From: a bacterium
GTDB lineage: Bacteria; Cyanobacteriota; Vampirovibrionia; Gastranaerophilales; JBAXKC01
Assembly: GCA_037137535.1 (NCBI GenBank)
Contig: JBAXKC010000005.1
Span: 1 to 64,000 of the forward strand
Direction: 5' to 3'
Length of the DNA: 64,000 bases
Part shown: positions 30,028-40,429 of the stretch, piece by piece
Layout: every line of letters begins with the position of its first letter
Position numbering within the stretch: position 1 is the first letter of the stretch
The notes under the pieces: model-generated
What the model was told of the DNA's origin: nothing
Databases searched by the model: none
The model's input: the letters and a program-made list of their open reading frames with translations, nothing else
Translations under genes and position numbers: made by a program

Positions 30028-31734
30028 TTAATCGGCCCCAATTACTTCTGCCCATACTTTTACTGATTTGTTGTTTTCACTTCGCTCTAGCGGATAATAA
30101 ACAATATTATTGTTTCCTTTCCTAGCGAATTTATCAAGATTTACCTTAACGATGTCTGTTTTTTTCTTTAATTCAGGAATTTCTAATAACGTTCCATTTA
30201 CGGATAAAATTATATGTTCAGGTTTGTCCCTGTTGTCTATATTTAAGGTTAATTTAGGAATATCTTCATAAAATTCTTTATATATCGGATAATAGTTGTC
30301 TGAGGATATACTAATTGGTGCTAAGCCTAGAGAAATGCCGTCATAATAATGTTTTAAGATATTATCAAAAGTCCAACCTTTTGAGGACAAATATCCTGCG
30401 CCAAATTGACTCATTCCTACACCATGACCTAATCCGCCACCGTAAATTATTATATCGTTTAATAAACCTTGTTGGTCATATTGATTTGAAAAGACTATGT
30501 TTGCACTTGGCAACATTTTCCCATCTTTTTCAAGCAGTCTTCTTACTGCTAGCTCTTTTTTTACTACCCATTCACCGTTTTCTGACATTATCTTTAAAAG
30601 TTTTACTTTACCCGATACGCCTCTTTCAATTGTTTCAAATCCGATAAAACCCACTATCTTTGTGCCTTCAATAAACTTGGGTTCAACCAGCCCTATTTTT
30701 GATAGTTGTATTAAGTTTTTGCTTAGTAAATCTTCCAGCTCTGCCTTTGTAAAATCTTTTTGCCATCTGTAAAAATTTGAATTCATGTCAAACGTTTCTG
30801 GCTTTGAAGAATAAAAATCAAAGGCGGATTTTTCATCATTTAGGGGGGGGATCCCTACAATATCAGGTTTTCCTTTTAAATACGGCAAAGGTTTTACAAA
30901 TTCATGATTATTTGCATCGGTAAAAGCATTTTCATAACTTTCTGTATAACCGCCCGCAGTTGAGCTGTAAAGAGCAAGTATGGGTTTACCTTCATATAAT
31001 GCTGCTATACCTTTTGTCTCTTCTATTGCTTGGTTGCTTAGCGGTGATTCAGTTGCCGCTCCATAATACACCTGACATTGTACCGAATCACATATATCAA
31101 ATTGCTTATAAGGGTATACTCTTGGCCTTGTTGCATAATTTCTTGCTGCTACCGCTTGAGCTTTTAAGGCTTCAATCCCGAAGGATACAGGCATTTCATT
31201 CGGCACTACACCTTTTAGATACTCTTCTAGCGGTAATACATTTATAACGGAAAGAGTATTTTTTCGGTTTGATGCTTTTGTTATTTCAATTGTGCCTTTG
31301 TATTTTGCAGGTTTGTTTCCTCTTTTAAGTCCTGCTATTTCAATTGGTTTTCCCGATAATGAAGTGACAATAACAGGACCTTCTATTCCCTCATTTATTA
31401 TTGTTCCTGATTGGTCATAAAGGGCAATTTTATCATCTTTTGCGGCAAATTTTATTACTTTAAACGGTTCTACCGTCATTATTTGAGTTCCATTTGTTTT
31501 ATCGTTTAGTAAAAATTGACCATCGCTGGTTACTGCTGTTTTTTCATACTCCAGTCTGCCAAAGTCTTGAGTGCTTATTCCAACTCTTATTAAGCCACTT
31601 TGTTCAATCTCTTGAGCAGAAGCTCTTAATCCATGTCCATTAAAAAAGAAAAGACAATAAATAAGTATTAGTTGTGATAAGACAAAAAGAGTTATTGTTA
31701 TTATTATATTTTTTTTAGTTAATTTTTTTTCCAC
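30028..31734 (-). CDS. SpoIID/LytB-domain lytic transglycosylase
   Basis: LEEYLKGVVPNEM, ALKAQAVAARNY, CQVY, YSSTAGG, GHGVGMSQFGA, ILKHYY; N-terminal TM. Confidence 0.92.
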   Translation of the reverse strand: MEKKLTKKNIIITITLFVLSQLILIYCLFFFNGHGLRASAQEIEQSGLIRVGISTQDFGRLEYEKTAVTSDGQFLLNDKTNGTQIMTVEPFKVIKFAAKDDKIALYDQSGTIINEGIEGPVIVTSLSGKPIEIAGLKRGNKPAKYKGTIEITKASNRKNTLSVINVLPLEEYLKGVVPNEMPVSFGIEALKAQAVAARNYATRPRVYPYKQFDICDSVQCQVYYGAATESPLSNQAIEETKGIAALYEGKPILALYSSTAGGYTESYENAFTDANNHEFVKPLPYLKGKPDIVGIPPLNDEKSAFDFYSSKPETFDMNSNFYRWQKDFTKAELEDLLSKNLIQLSKIGLVEPKFIEGTKIVGFIGFETIERGVSGKVKLLKIMSENGEWVVKKELAVRRLLEKDGKMLPSANIVFSNQYDQQGLLNDIIIYGGGLGHGVGMSQFGAGYLSSKGWTFDNILKHYYDGISLGLAPISISSDNYYPIYKEFYEDIPKLTLNIDNRDKPEHIILSVNGTLLEIPELKKKTDIVKVNLDKFARKGNNNIVYYPLERSENNKSVKVWAEVIGAD

Positions 31735-31830
31735 AATATCACCGCTTGATTATAATCAGGTAATCATAATTATTATCATTAATAGCGCATAATCAAGAGA
31801 TTAATTTTTTATGTAAATAATAGTGAAGTT

Positions 31831-33483
31831 TTAAATTTCAATTTTCTCTAAAGATTGTTTATTAAATGCTTTTGAACGTTCATTAAGCAATAGTGATTTG
31901 CTTACACTACTTTCAATAAGAGCCCATGGTAAAGTTTCTTCATCACTTCTATTTCTTAAAGCATACCAATCAAAATCAGGGATTATTTCTTTTTCTTCTT
32001 TGCTCAGCTCTTTATAAATTGAGTTCCAATCAGAGATGTTTCCACCTGATTTATAGACTTTTTCGATAATATTTGCAGTTCTTCTGTCTGCTCTTGATAA
32101 AAAGGCTTGAATATAGTCCCATCTTGCACTTGTCGGTTTGAAATCCACATGAATTTTAGCTAACCCCTTTTTTAGCAGTTCAATTCGTTTTTTTATTTCT
32201 TTATTAGCAAGACGTTCTTCTCTTTCAAAGGGGGTTTGGGCTTTTGGCACAAAAGAGCTTACGCTTAACGTGATTTTAAATCCTTTTTTGACAGATTTAA
32301 GTCTTTTCATTAATTCTATAAATTCATAAATATCATCATCTGTTTCAGTCGGTAAACCTATCATTCCATAGATTTTAACACCTGTAAGTCCGTTTTCTGA
32401 TGCTGTTTTTATGCAATTAACAATCATTTCTTCAGTTAGACGCTTGTTTATGACTTTTCTTAGTCTTTCGCTTCCTGCTTCTACTGCTATGGTTATATTT
32501 TTTTGTCCGCATTCTGCAAGCATTTGAGCTACCTGCGGAGTTAATCTGTCTGCTCTTAAAGAAGAAACCGATACTTCAAACTTTTTTTCTTTTCTTCTAT
32601 TACTTAAATAAGTGCAAATTTTCTCAAAATCTGGATGTAATGAAATTAATGCGCCTAATAATCCCAGTTTGCTTGAGTGTTCAAGCCCTATTTCTATTGC
32701 TTTTATTATTTCTTCGTAGTCAGGGTATCTTGTTGGTAACGTTAAATAGCTTGCAATGCAGAATCTGCAGCGCATTGGACAGCCTCTTGAGATTTCAATT
32801 AAGAACATATTAGAGAAAGCTATATTTTCTGAGATTATAGGTGTGTATAAGCATTTATTAAGCGGTTTTGTTACTTTACGTTCAATGCTCTTAGGGGTTT
32901 CTTTACAAAGTGTTTTTATTGATGAGATTGTAAAATTTTCATTATAGGTAAACTCATATAATGAAGGAACATAAACGCCTTCCAGTTTTGAAAGTGCTAT
33001 AAGTTTTTCGTTTTTTGTTTTGTGCTTATTTTGTTTTAAAACGTCTATTATTTCGTCAAAAAGCTCTTCTCCGTCCCCTACCAAGAAAAAATCAAAAAAG
33101 GCTGAAAAAGGTTCGGGATTTGCTGTTACTACAGGACCACCCGCAAATAAAAGAGGATAGTTTTCATCTCTGTCTATGCTTTTTAATGGAATATTGAATT
33201 TATCAAGTATTTTAAATATACCTAGAAAATCTAACTCAAAAGAAAATGAAAAACCTGCCAGTTGTACATTTTTGGCATTATGAAAAGTTTTTTCCGTATC
33301 GGTAAAAATTCTTTCAGGTTTTACATCAGGATTTTCGTCTAAAAGTCTGAAAAGATAAGGATAGCCTAAAGATGACATGCCAATTGAGAAATCGGCAGGA
33401 AAACAAAACCAGACAGGCATTGCATCCGAATTTTTAACGGCAGGTTTATAAATGAACTTTTCAGCATTTTTAGGTGTTTTCAT
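31831..33483 (-). CDS. Radical SAM protein (TIGR03960-like, B12-binding-type N-terminus)
   Basis: EISRGCPMRCRFC, GGP...NPEP, GDGEE, SSLRAD, EAGSERLR, GLPTET, FVPKAQTPF. Confidence 0.85.
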   Translation of the reverse strand: MKTPKNAEKFIYKPAVKNSDAMPVWFCFPADFSIGMSSLGYPYLFRLLDENPDVKPERIFTDTEKTFHNAKNVQLAGFSFSFELDFLGIFKILDKFNIPLKSIDRDENYPLLFAGGPVVTANPEPFSAFFDFFLVGDGEELFDEIIDVLKQNKHKTKNEKLIALSKLEGVYVPSLYEFTYNENFTISSIKTLCKETPKSIERKVTKPLNKCLYTPIISENIAFSNMFLIEISRGCPMRCRFCIASYLTLPTRYPDYEEIIKAIEIGLEHSSKLGLLGALISLHPDFEKICTYLSNRRKEKKFEVSVSSLRADRLTPQVAQMLAECGQKNITIAVEAGSERLRKVINKRLTEEMIVNCIKTASENGLTGVKIYGMIGLPTETDDDIYEFIELMKRLKSVKKGFKITLSVSSFVPKAQTPFEREERLANKEIKKRIELLKKGLAKIHVDFKPTSARWDYIQAFLSRADRRTANIIEKVYKSGGNISDWNSIYKELSKEEKEIIPDFDWYALRNRSDEETLPWALIESSVSKSLLLNERSKAFNKQSLEKIEI

Positions 33484-33646
33484 AATATTAATAATATACC
33501 ATTTAAAAATAATAAGTTTTAAAATAAAGATAACCAGTTAGAAATACTATAAACTTATTTTTATTTCATCAAAGATTTAAAGGATTTATTAAAAGTGTTA
33601 GTTTAAAATAATGAGTAAAATACAAATAATATAGAAATAGTGATAG

Positions 33647-34699
33647 ATGAACTTAAAACTTTCTAAAAATGAAATAATTGAGTTACTTTCAGAAAATGAT
33701 ATTTTGAAGCTAGCTGGAATTGCTGATGAAGTTAAGCAAGAGCTTCATTATAATACTGATATAGCTACTTTTGTGGTTGACAGAAATATTAACTATACAA
33801 ATATTTGCAGTTGTAAATGTAAATTTTGTGCATTTTATAAAACAAAAGATCAGGATGATTCGTATATTCTTTTTTATCCCGAAATTAAAGAAAAAATTCA
33901 AGAATTAGTTGATATTAAAGGTACACAGATTTTAATGCAAGGTGGATTGAACTCAGCGCTTGGCTTTGACTATTATTTGAATATTGTTTCTTCTATAAAA
34001 AAAGATTTTCCTTCTATTGATATACATTCTTTTTCACCTGCTGAAATTGATTTTATTGCTAAAAATGAAAAGATAAGCCACATCGAAGTGATTCAAGAGT
34101 TTAAAAAACTGGGATTATCTTCAATTCCGGGTGGTGGTGCTGAAATATTAAGTGATAATATCAGAAATAAAATTAGTCCCAATAAAATAACTTCTGAAAG
34201 ATGGCTTGAAATCATGAAGTCTGTTCATGAACTGGGAATGAGTTCCACTGCTACAATGGTTTATGGTTTTGGTGAATCGTTGGAAGATATATTTGAACAT
34301 CTTGAAAAAATTAAAAAATTACAGTCAGAAACAGGCGGATTTACTGCGTTTATTCCATGGAGTTTTGCAGCTGAAAATACTGAGCTTGCTTCTAACGTAA
34401 AATTTTATGAAACAACTGCCTTTGACTACTTAAAAATTCTTGCTGTTTCAAGGATAATGCTTAATAATATAAAAAATATTCAAGTATCATGGGTTACACA
34501 AGGATTAAAAGTTGCTCAATTGGGCTTGAAGTTTGGAGCCAATGATTTTGGCGGTACAATGTTAGAAGAAAATGTAGTAAAAGCAGCAGGAGTTGTTAAT
34601 AAATCTACTAAAACTGAAATAATCAAAAATATTAAAATGGCTGGTTTCGTTCCCGCACAAAGAAATACAGCTTATGAACTTTTAAACATTTATAATTAG
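33647..34699 (+). CDS. mqnC: CofH/MqnC-family radical SAM, probably cyclic dehypoxanthinyl futalosine synthase
   Basis: DRNINYTNIC...CKFCAF, ILMQGG, IPGGGAEIL, FIPW, NIQVSWVTQG, GANDFGGTMLEENVV. Confidence 0.8.
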   Translation: MNLKLSKNEIIELLSENDILKLAGIADEVKQELHYNTDIATFVVDRNINYTNICSCKCKFCAFYKTKDQDDSYILFYPEIKEKIQELVDIKGTQILMQGGLNSALGFDYYLNIVSSIKKDFPSIDIHSFSPAEIDFIAKNEKISHIEVIQEFKKLGLSSIPGGGAEILSDNIRNKISPNKITSERWLEIMKSVHELGMSSTATMVYGFGESLEDIFEHLEKIKKLQSETGGFTAFIPWSFAAENTELASNVKFYETTAFDYLKILAVSRIMLNNIKNIQVSWVTQGLKVAQLGLKFGANDFGGTMLEENVVKAAGVVNKSTKTEIIKNIKMAGFVPAQRNTAYELLNIYN

Positions 34700-34728
34700 A
34701 GCTACATATATATATTTAAGGAGAAGTC

Positions 34729-36084
34729 ATGAAAAATACCGTTAACCAGTCAATAATGCCCAAAACCGCTGTTATTAACGAAAATGGACACCTTCAGGTG
34801 GGTGGTTGTGACGTTGTGGATTTAGTCGAAAAATACGGTTCACCTCTTTATGTATATGACGAAGAAACAGTAAGATCAGCATGTAGAGAATATAAAGAAG
34901 CCTTTTCCGCTTATCCTGATACAAAAATTTTATATGCTTCAAAAGCATTTTTGACACAAGCAATGGCTTGTATATTTGCTCAAGAAGGATTAGGACTTGA
35001 CGTTGTTTCGGGTGGGGAAATATATACAGCTTACAAAGCAGGCTTTCCTCTTGAAAGAGCTTATTTCAACGGGAACAATAAATCTTCAGAAGAACTAGAG
35101 CTTGCAATAGATACAGGCGTTGGCAGAGTAACGGTTGATAATTTCTTTGAGCTGGCTTTGCTTGATAGTGTTGCAAAATCAAAAGAAACAACAGTGAAAA
35201 TTTTATTAAGAATTACACCTGGTATTGATGTTCATACTCATGAATATATTAAAACAGGGACTTTAGATAGTAAATTCGGTTTTGATATGACGCAGCTTGA
35301 CGAAGCGATTGAGTTAATTAAAGAAGAATATTCAAATCTTGAATTAGTGGGGCTTCATGCTCATATAGGTTCACAAATATTTGAAATTGCTCAACCTTAT
35401 AATGATTTAATCGAAGTTGTTTCAAAGCAATTTGCTTTAATTAGAGAAAAGCATAACATTGAATTAACAGAAATGAATGTTGGCGGTGGACTTGGCATAA
35501 CTTATACTCAAGTTGATAATCCTCCATCCATGTTTGAACTTGCTGAAGTTATATTAAAAGCGTTTAATAAATGTAATGAAGAATATAAATTAAATAGTCC
35601 TACTTTGATAATTGAACCGGGTAGAAGTGCAATTTGTACATCAGGCGTTACTTTATATACTGTAGGAAGTGCTAAACAAGTTCCTGAAGGTAGAAAATAT
35701 ATTGCTGTAGATGGTGGAATGGCTGATAATCCAAGACCTTCAATGTATCAGGCAAAATATCATGCGATTGTAGCTAATAAAGCCAATGAAACAGCAACCG
35801 AAACAGTTACTATGGCAGGAAGATATTGTGAATCAGGCGATATCCTTATTAGAGATATTGAACTTCCTGAAACTGAAGCAGGAGATATCATTTGTGTATT
35901 TAACACAGGAGCTTACAATTATTCAATGGCAAGCAACTATAACAGAGTACCAAGACCTGCTGCCGTAATAGTCGAAAATGCTAATTCTGATATAATTATA
36001 GAAAGAGAATCTTATGATAATCTTATTTGCCTGGATAAAGTTCCTCAAAGATTATCCTGTAAGAAACCGGAAGGTGTTTTATAG
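34729..36084 (+). CDS. lysA: Diaminopimelate decarboxylase
   Basis: YASKAF, DVVSGGE, HIGSQI, EPGR, DGGM.DNPRP, CESGD, GAYNYSMASNYN. Confidence 0.96.
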   Translation: MKNTVNQSIMPKTAVINENGHLQVGGCDVVDLVEKYGSPLYVYDEETVRSACREYKEAFSAYPDTKILYASKAFLTQAMACIFAQEGLGLDVVSGGEIYTAYKAGFPLERAYFNGNNKSSEELELAIDTGVGRVTVDNFFELALLDSVAKSKETTVKILLRITPGIDVHTHEYIKTGTLDSKFGFDMTQLDEAIELIKEEYSNLELVGLHAHIGSQIFEIAQPYNDLIEVVSKQFALIREKHNIELTEMNVGGGLGITYTQVDNPPSMFELAEVILKAFNKCNEEYKLNSPTLIIEPGRSAICTSGVTLYTVGSAKQVPEGRKYIAVDGGMADNPRPSMYQAKYHAIVANKANETATETVTMAGRYCESGDILIRDIELPETEAGDIICVFNTGAYNYSMASNYNRVPRPAAVIVENANSDIIIERESYDNLICLDKVPQRLSCKKPEGVL

Positions 36085-36956
36085 TGCTGAATTACCTGCA
36101 AGGAATTGATTTAAAAGATATTGTATACTCAATTAAAGGGTTAAATCCCGTTAATTTTATTGAGTTAACTTTCCTTGTTATCGTCATTTTTATAATCTAT
36201 AGGAAAATCAAGGGTTCACAGGCTGAGCAACTTCTAAAAGGCATATTAATGCTCTTTCTTGCTCTTATTTTAAGTCATGTTTTTCAGTTGCATATAATAG
36301 GTAAAGTCCTTGAAAGTATCGTGAATATAGTAATTTTCAGTTTGGTTGTTATTTTTCAGCCTGAATTGAGAAGATTACTCGGTTATCTGGGGCAACCGGG
36401 GATAATTAATAAAAATATACTTTCTCCTCAACGAGACTCTGATACAAAATCTATTGTCGATGAAATTATTGAAGCAGTTAAGCATCTAAGTAAATCACAT
36501 ATTGGAGCTTTGCTGGTATTTAAAAATGTCGTTGGGAATGAAAGTTTTCTTGAAGTTGGGACAAAATTAAATGCTAATGTAACTCATGAATTGATATTAA
36601 CTATTTTTCACCCGAATACACCTTTGCATGACGGTGCAACAGTAATAAGCAATGATCAAATTGTTGCTGCGGGCGTATTATTGCCATTAACAGAAGATCC
36701 TACTCTTAGTTGGAAGTACGGCACAAGACACAGAGCTGCTATTGGAATGTCAGAAGTCAGTGATGCTGTTTGCCTTGTTGTTTCAGAAGAAACAGGTGAT
36801 ATTTCTATGGCTCAAGGTGGATTGTTGACCAAATTCTCTAATACTGATGAATTAAAAAGAGAACTTATGGCTGTTTTAGGTTGCAATGAAGACGAGGATA
36901 AAAATATTACTTTAGATAAGAATTCTTTGACCTTTGGTTTGTTCAAGCATAAATAG
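36084..36956 (+). CDS. cdaA: Diadenylate cyclase CdaA (3 TM plus DAC domain)
   Basis: IFQPELRR, PLHDGA, GTRHRAAIG, VSEETG; GTG start overlaps the lysA stop. Confidence 0.93.
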   Translation: MLNYLQGIDLKDIVYSIKGLNPVNFIELTFLVIVIFIIYRKIKGSQAEQLLKGILMLFLALILSHVFQLHIIGKVLESIVNIVIFSLVVIFQPELRRLLGYLGQPGIINKNILSPQRDSDTKSIVDEIIEAVKHLSKSHIGALLVFKNVVGNESFLEVGTKLNANVTHELILTIFHPNTPLHDGATVISNDQIVAAGVLLPLTEDPTLSWKYGTRHRAAIGMSEVSDAVCLVVSEETGDISMAQGGLLTKFSNTDELKRELMAVLGCNEDEDKNITLDKNSLTFGLFKHK

Positions 36957-36994
36957 ATTTTTAGCTTAATTGCTTTTTACTTTATTACTTTTAA

Positions 36995-37028
36995 ATAAAA
37001 TCAGCTTAATATTAGGCTGATTTTATTT
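36995..37028 (+). terminator. Intrinsic terminator
   Basis: ATAAAATCAGC...GCTGATTTTAT followed by Ts. Confidence 0.55.
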
Positions 37029-37090
37029 GTGTTTTCTTTGTTTATCTCATAGAATGGCTATAATAGATTAATCCTTTTGGAGCATTAAGT

Positions 37091-38452
37091 TTGGCAGAGC
37101 ATATTATTGAAAAAAAATTGGAAAAATTGCCGCCACAAAGTTTAGAAGCAGAACAGGCTGTTCTGGGGGCTTTGTTAGTAAATCCTATTGCTATAACAAG
37201 AGTTATAGAGACGTTAAAAGCTGATAGTTTCTATAAACAGGCACATAAGGTGATTTATTCTGTTGTTATTTCTTTATATAACGGAAATGAGCCTATTGAT
37301 GTCGTAACTGTATCCGAGCAATTAAGAGATATGGGCAAACTTGACATGGTTGGCGGACGTTCTTATATAAATGATTTGGCATTATCTGTAATAACTACTG
37401 CAAATATAGAATATTATGCAAAAATAATTTCAGAAAAGCATATAAGAAGAGAACTTATAAGAGCGAACTCTGAAATTGTAACTATGGCCTTTGAAGAAAA
37501 TGAAATCGGTAGCTTGCTTGATTTTGCCGAGCATGAGATTTTTTCAATTGCTCAAGGTAAAGCCTCAAATGATTTAGTACCTGTTAAAGATTTCGTTATG
37601 ACTTGTTATAGTCAGATTGAGATGAGATACAATAATCGTGATGAGATTATTGGTGTGCCTACAGGGTTTTATGATCTTGATAATATGACGGCAGGGCTTC
37701 AGCCTTCTGATTTGATAATTTTAGCGGCAAGACCTTCTATGGGTAAAACTGCTTTTTGTTTGAATATTGCACAAGAAGTCGGAATTAGAAAAAAAATTCC
37801 TGTTGCTATATTCAGTTTAGAGATGTCAAAAGAGCAACTTGTTCAGCGTATGTTATGTTCAGAGGCTGAGATCGATTCTAATAGGCTTAGAACAGGTCAT
37901 ATGCAGACAGAAGACTGGGGAAGACTTGCTAATGCAATGGGAGTCTTATCTGATGCGCCTATATTTATTGATGATAGCGCAGGGGCAACTGTTTTAGACA
38001 TTAGAGCAAAATGTAGAAGACTTGCAATGGAGCATGGTAATTTAGGTTTAGTTATTATTGACTATTTACAGCTCATGGAAGGCCCTGAAGGCAAAAATGA
38101 TAGGGTTCAAGTAATTTCTGCTATATCAAGAGGCTTGAAAAACCTTGCAAGAGAGATTAAAGCACCTGTTATAGCATTATCTCAGTTATCAAGGGCTGTA
38201 GAATCAAGACAAATTAAAAAGCCTATGCTTAGTGATCTTAGAGAGAGCGGAAGTATTGAGCAAGATGCTGATATTGTTATGTTCATTTATAGGGATGAGT
38301 ATTACAATCAGGAAAATACTGATCTTAAAGGAAAAGCGGAAATTATTATTGCAAAACAAAGAAACGGCCCTGTTGGATCTGTTGAGCTTTTATTCCAATC
38401 AAATATAACTAAGTTTAAAAATCAGGCAACTGTTAGAACACATAGTTTTTAA
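37091..38452 (+). CDS. dnaB: Replicative DNA helicase, no intein
   Basis: PPQSLEAEQAVLG, AARPSMGKT, FSLEM, IDYLQL, SQLSR, LRESGSIEQDAD, KQRNGP; TTG start. Confidence 0.97.
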   Translation: MAEHIIEKKLEKLPPQSLEAEQAVLGALLVNPIAITRVIETLKADSFYKQAHKVIYSVVISLYNGNEPIDVVTVSEQLRDMGKLDMVGGRSYINDLALSVITTANIEYYAKIISEKHIRRELIRANSEIVTMAFEENEIGSLLDFAEHEIFSIAQGKASNDLVPVKDFVMTCYSQIEMRYNNRDEIIGVPTGFYDLDNMTAGLQPSDLIILAARPSMGKTAFCLNIAQEVGIRKKIPVAIFSLEMSKEQLVQRMLCSEAEIDSNRLRTGHMQTEDWGRLANAMGVLSDAPIFIDDSAGATVLDIRAKCRRLAMEHGNLGLVIIDYLQLMEGPEGKNDRVQVISAISRGLKNLAREIKAPVIALSQLSRAVESRQIKKPMLSDLRESGSIEQDADIVMFIYRDEYYNQENTDLKGKAEIIIAKQRNGPVGSVELLFQSNITKFKNQATVRTHSF

Positions 38453-38567
38453 AAGTTAAAATATTTTAAATAAATAAGCTTAATACTAAAGTGCTATTAA
38501 GTTTATTAGTATTATAATTTTTTTGATATTTTTCTTTCTTAATATAGCTCTTAATCTATATTCTTTT

Positions 38568-38595
38568 ACAAGCATTTTAGACAATTGTCCGATGA
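38568..38595 (+). promoter_or_regulatory. Candidate sigma-28-like promoter
   Basis: ACAAG, 15 bp, TCCGATGA upstream of the response regulator. Confidence 0.4.
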
Positions 38596-38681
38596 TAATA
38601 GATTGCAAAAAAGTCTAATATTGAATTAATAAATCATAAAAAGATTTAATTGAAATTTAGAGAAGAGAGAAGGGGAAGAAT

Positions 38682-39353
38682 ATGCATGAAAATAAAATTA
38701 GGCTTCTCATGGTTGAAGATCACAAATTATTAAGAGTAGGTTTGAAATCTATATTTGAAGAATATTCGAATTTAGAAGTTGTCGGAGAGGCAGAGGATGG
38801 GGCTACTTCGGTAAAATTAGCCAAAGAACTTAATCCTGACGTAGTTTTAATGGATATTGGCTTACCTGTAATGAACGGAATTGAGGCAACCAAAAAAATC
38901 AAGGAATATAATCCAGATATTAAGGTTATAGTTTTAACTTCTCATCACACAGAAGACGAGGTTATTCAAGTTATTGCAGCAGGTGCTAATGCTTTTGCAA
39001 TGAAAGATATTAAAACAGAATATTTAATCATGGTTATTCAGTCTGTAAATGAAGGTGCTTTTTGGCTTGATCCTGCAATTGCAAAAGTTGTACTTGAAAA
39101 AAAACCTGCTATTATGACTCAACAAAAGCCTCAATCAAGAGCAAGTTTTAAAGCTGAGCATTCTAATCTTACTGAAAGAGAGTATGAAGTGTTAAAGTTG
39201 GTTGTAGACGGTCAATCCAATAACGATATCGCTAAAACTCTTAATATTAGCGAACATACAGCTAAAGCTCATGTTTGCAGTATTATTCAAAAATTAGTTG
39301 TAGATGATAGAACACAAGCCGCAGTAAAAGCCCTTAAAGATGGCTTAGTTTAA
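38682..39353 (+). CDS. NarL/LuxR-family DNA-binding response regulator
   Basis: VEDH, LMDIGLP, LTS, LTEREYEVL, SN..IA..L.ISE.T.K.H, DRTQA. Confidence 0.95.
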   Translation: MHENKIRLLMVEDHKLLRVGLKSIFEEYSNLEVVGEAEDGATSVKLAKELNPDVVLMDIGLPVMNGIEATKKIKEYNPDIKVIVLTSHHTEDEVIQVIAAGANAFAMKDIKTEYLIMVIQSVNEGAFWLDPAIAKVVLEKKPAIMTQQKPQSRASFKAEHSNLTEREYEVLKLVVDGQSNNDIAKTLNISEHTAKAHVCSIIQKLVVDDRTQAAVKALKDGLV

Positions 39354-39485
39354 TCTTTTAAATGGGGAGCAGTAAAGTTATTACTGCTTCCTTAGGTTTT
39401 AGCCATAATTAATATAACTGATTTACCCATTGTCTTTTTGTAAAAATAATTTATAATTTATTAAGCATTATAAAAATAAAAAATT

Positions 39486-39932
39486 GTGGGTTTTATGGAA
39501 GAATTGTGGAAAATTGAATTTACTGATGATTTATTAACAGGAATTAATGAAGTTGACGATGCGCATAGGCAATTGGCACAAAGTGCGAATGATCTTTATG
39601 AAATGTGTATAAATATTGATACAAAAAAAAATGATTTACTTGATTACATGGAAAAAGTTCAAGATGTATTATGCGCTCATTTTGATAAGGAAATAGCATT
39701 GTTTGAGTCTTATAATCTGGATGATTGTCAAGCACATAAGCAAATACATGAAAAGTTTAAAGAATCTGTTTTGAATTTAGTAACAAAACCAAGTCCTGTT
39801 TTAGTAAAAGGTATGATGTTAAATCAGCTTATTAATCACTATCTTAAAGATCATTTTTTAAAAGAAGATAAAGAATGCATTATTAAGATACGAAAAATAA
39901 ACTCTGATCGTCTAAAAGATAACTTAAATTAG
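39486..39932 (+). CDS. Hemerythrin-like di-iron protein
   Basis: TGINEVDDAH, HFDKE, HKQIH, HFLKED. Confidence 0.85.
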   Translation: MGFMEELWKIEFTDDLLTGINEVDDAHRQLAQSANDLYEMCINIDTKKNDLLDYMEKVQDVLCAHFDKEIALFESYNLDDCQAHKQIHEKFKESVLNLVTKPSPVLVKGMMLNQLINHYLKDHFLKEDKECIIKIRKINSDRLKDNLN

Positions 39933-40015
39933 TTATTTAGAAATTAATATATGGGAGAAGAAAGTTATAATTCTTTATAACTTTCTTTATTTTATAGGTG
40001 TAATATGAAAATTAT

Positions 40016-40301
40016 ATGAATAATGAAAGTGATTTAATTGAATATATAGATAAAACTAAGAGATTATTTTATAAACATTTTGATACTGAAGTCGCTTTGT
40101 TTCGTAAATTAAATTTAGAAGAATGTGATTATCATGAAAATTTACACTTTGAATTTAAAGAGGATCTTGCTGATTTAACTCTAGAAATGTTCCTGTGCTT
40201 ACTAAAGCACTAAGGTTAAATTAAATAGTTTTATATTACTTGAAAAATCATTTACCTATGTATGATAAGACTTGTATTGAAAAATAAGGAAATTAAAATA
40301 A
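40016..40301 (+). pseudogene. Degraded tandem paralog of the upstream hemerythrin
   Basis: HFDTE..HENLH in the 65 aa ORF; after a frameshift near 40180 similarity resumes as RNVPVLTKALRLN*IVLYYLKNHLPMYDKTCIEK, matching PSPVLVKGMMLNQLINHYLKDHFLKEDKECIIK; N-terminal His region absent. Confidence 0.75.
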
Positions 40302-40429
40302 ATTTATTTTTATCTCTATGTAAATCTAATGCGTTTGATTATTGGTTATAAATAAAGTAATATGATACAATCAAGCTATTAATATCAGATTTATTGTATT
40401 AAATCTGCCGTTAAATTCAGAAAGGTTTA

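Noticed and set aside
30843-30850. G8 homopolymer in the SpoIID-family gene as a phase-variation tract
   Set aside because: The frame is intact and the tract is explained by Ile-Pro-Pro-Leu codons; no evidence of length variation from one sequence
37091-38452. Intein in DnaB, as in some cyanobacteria
   Set aside because: 453 aa with contiguous motifs; no insertion
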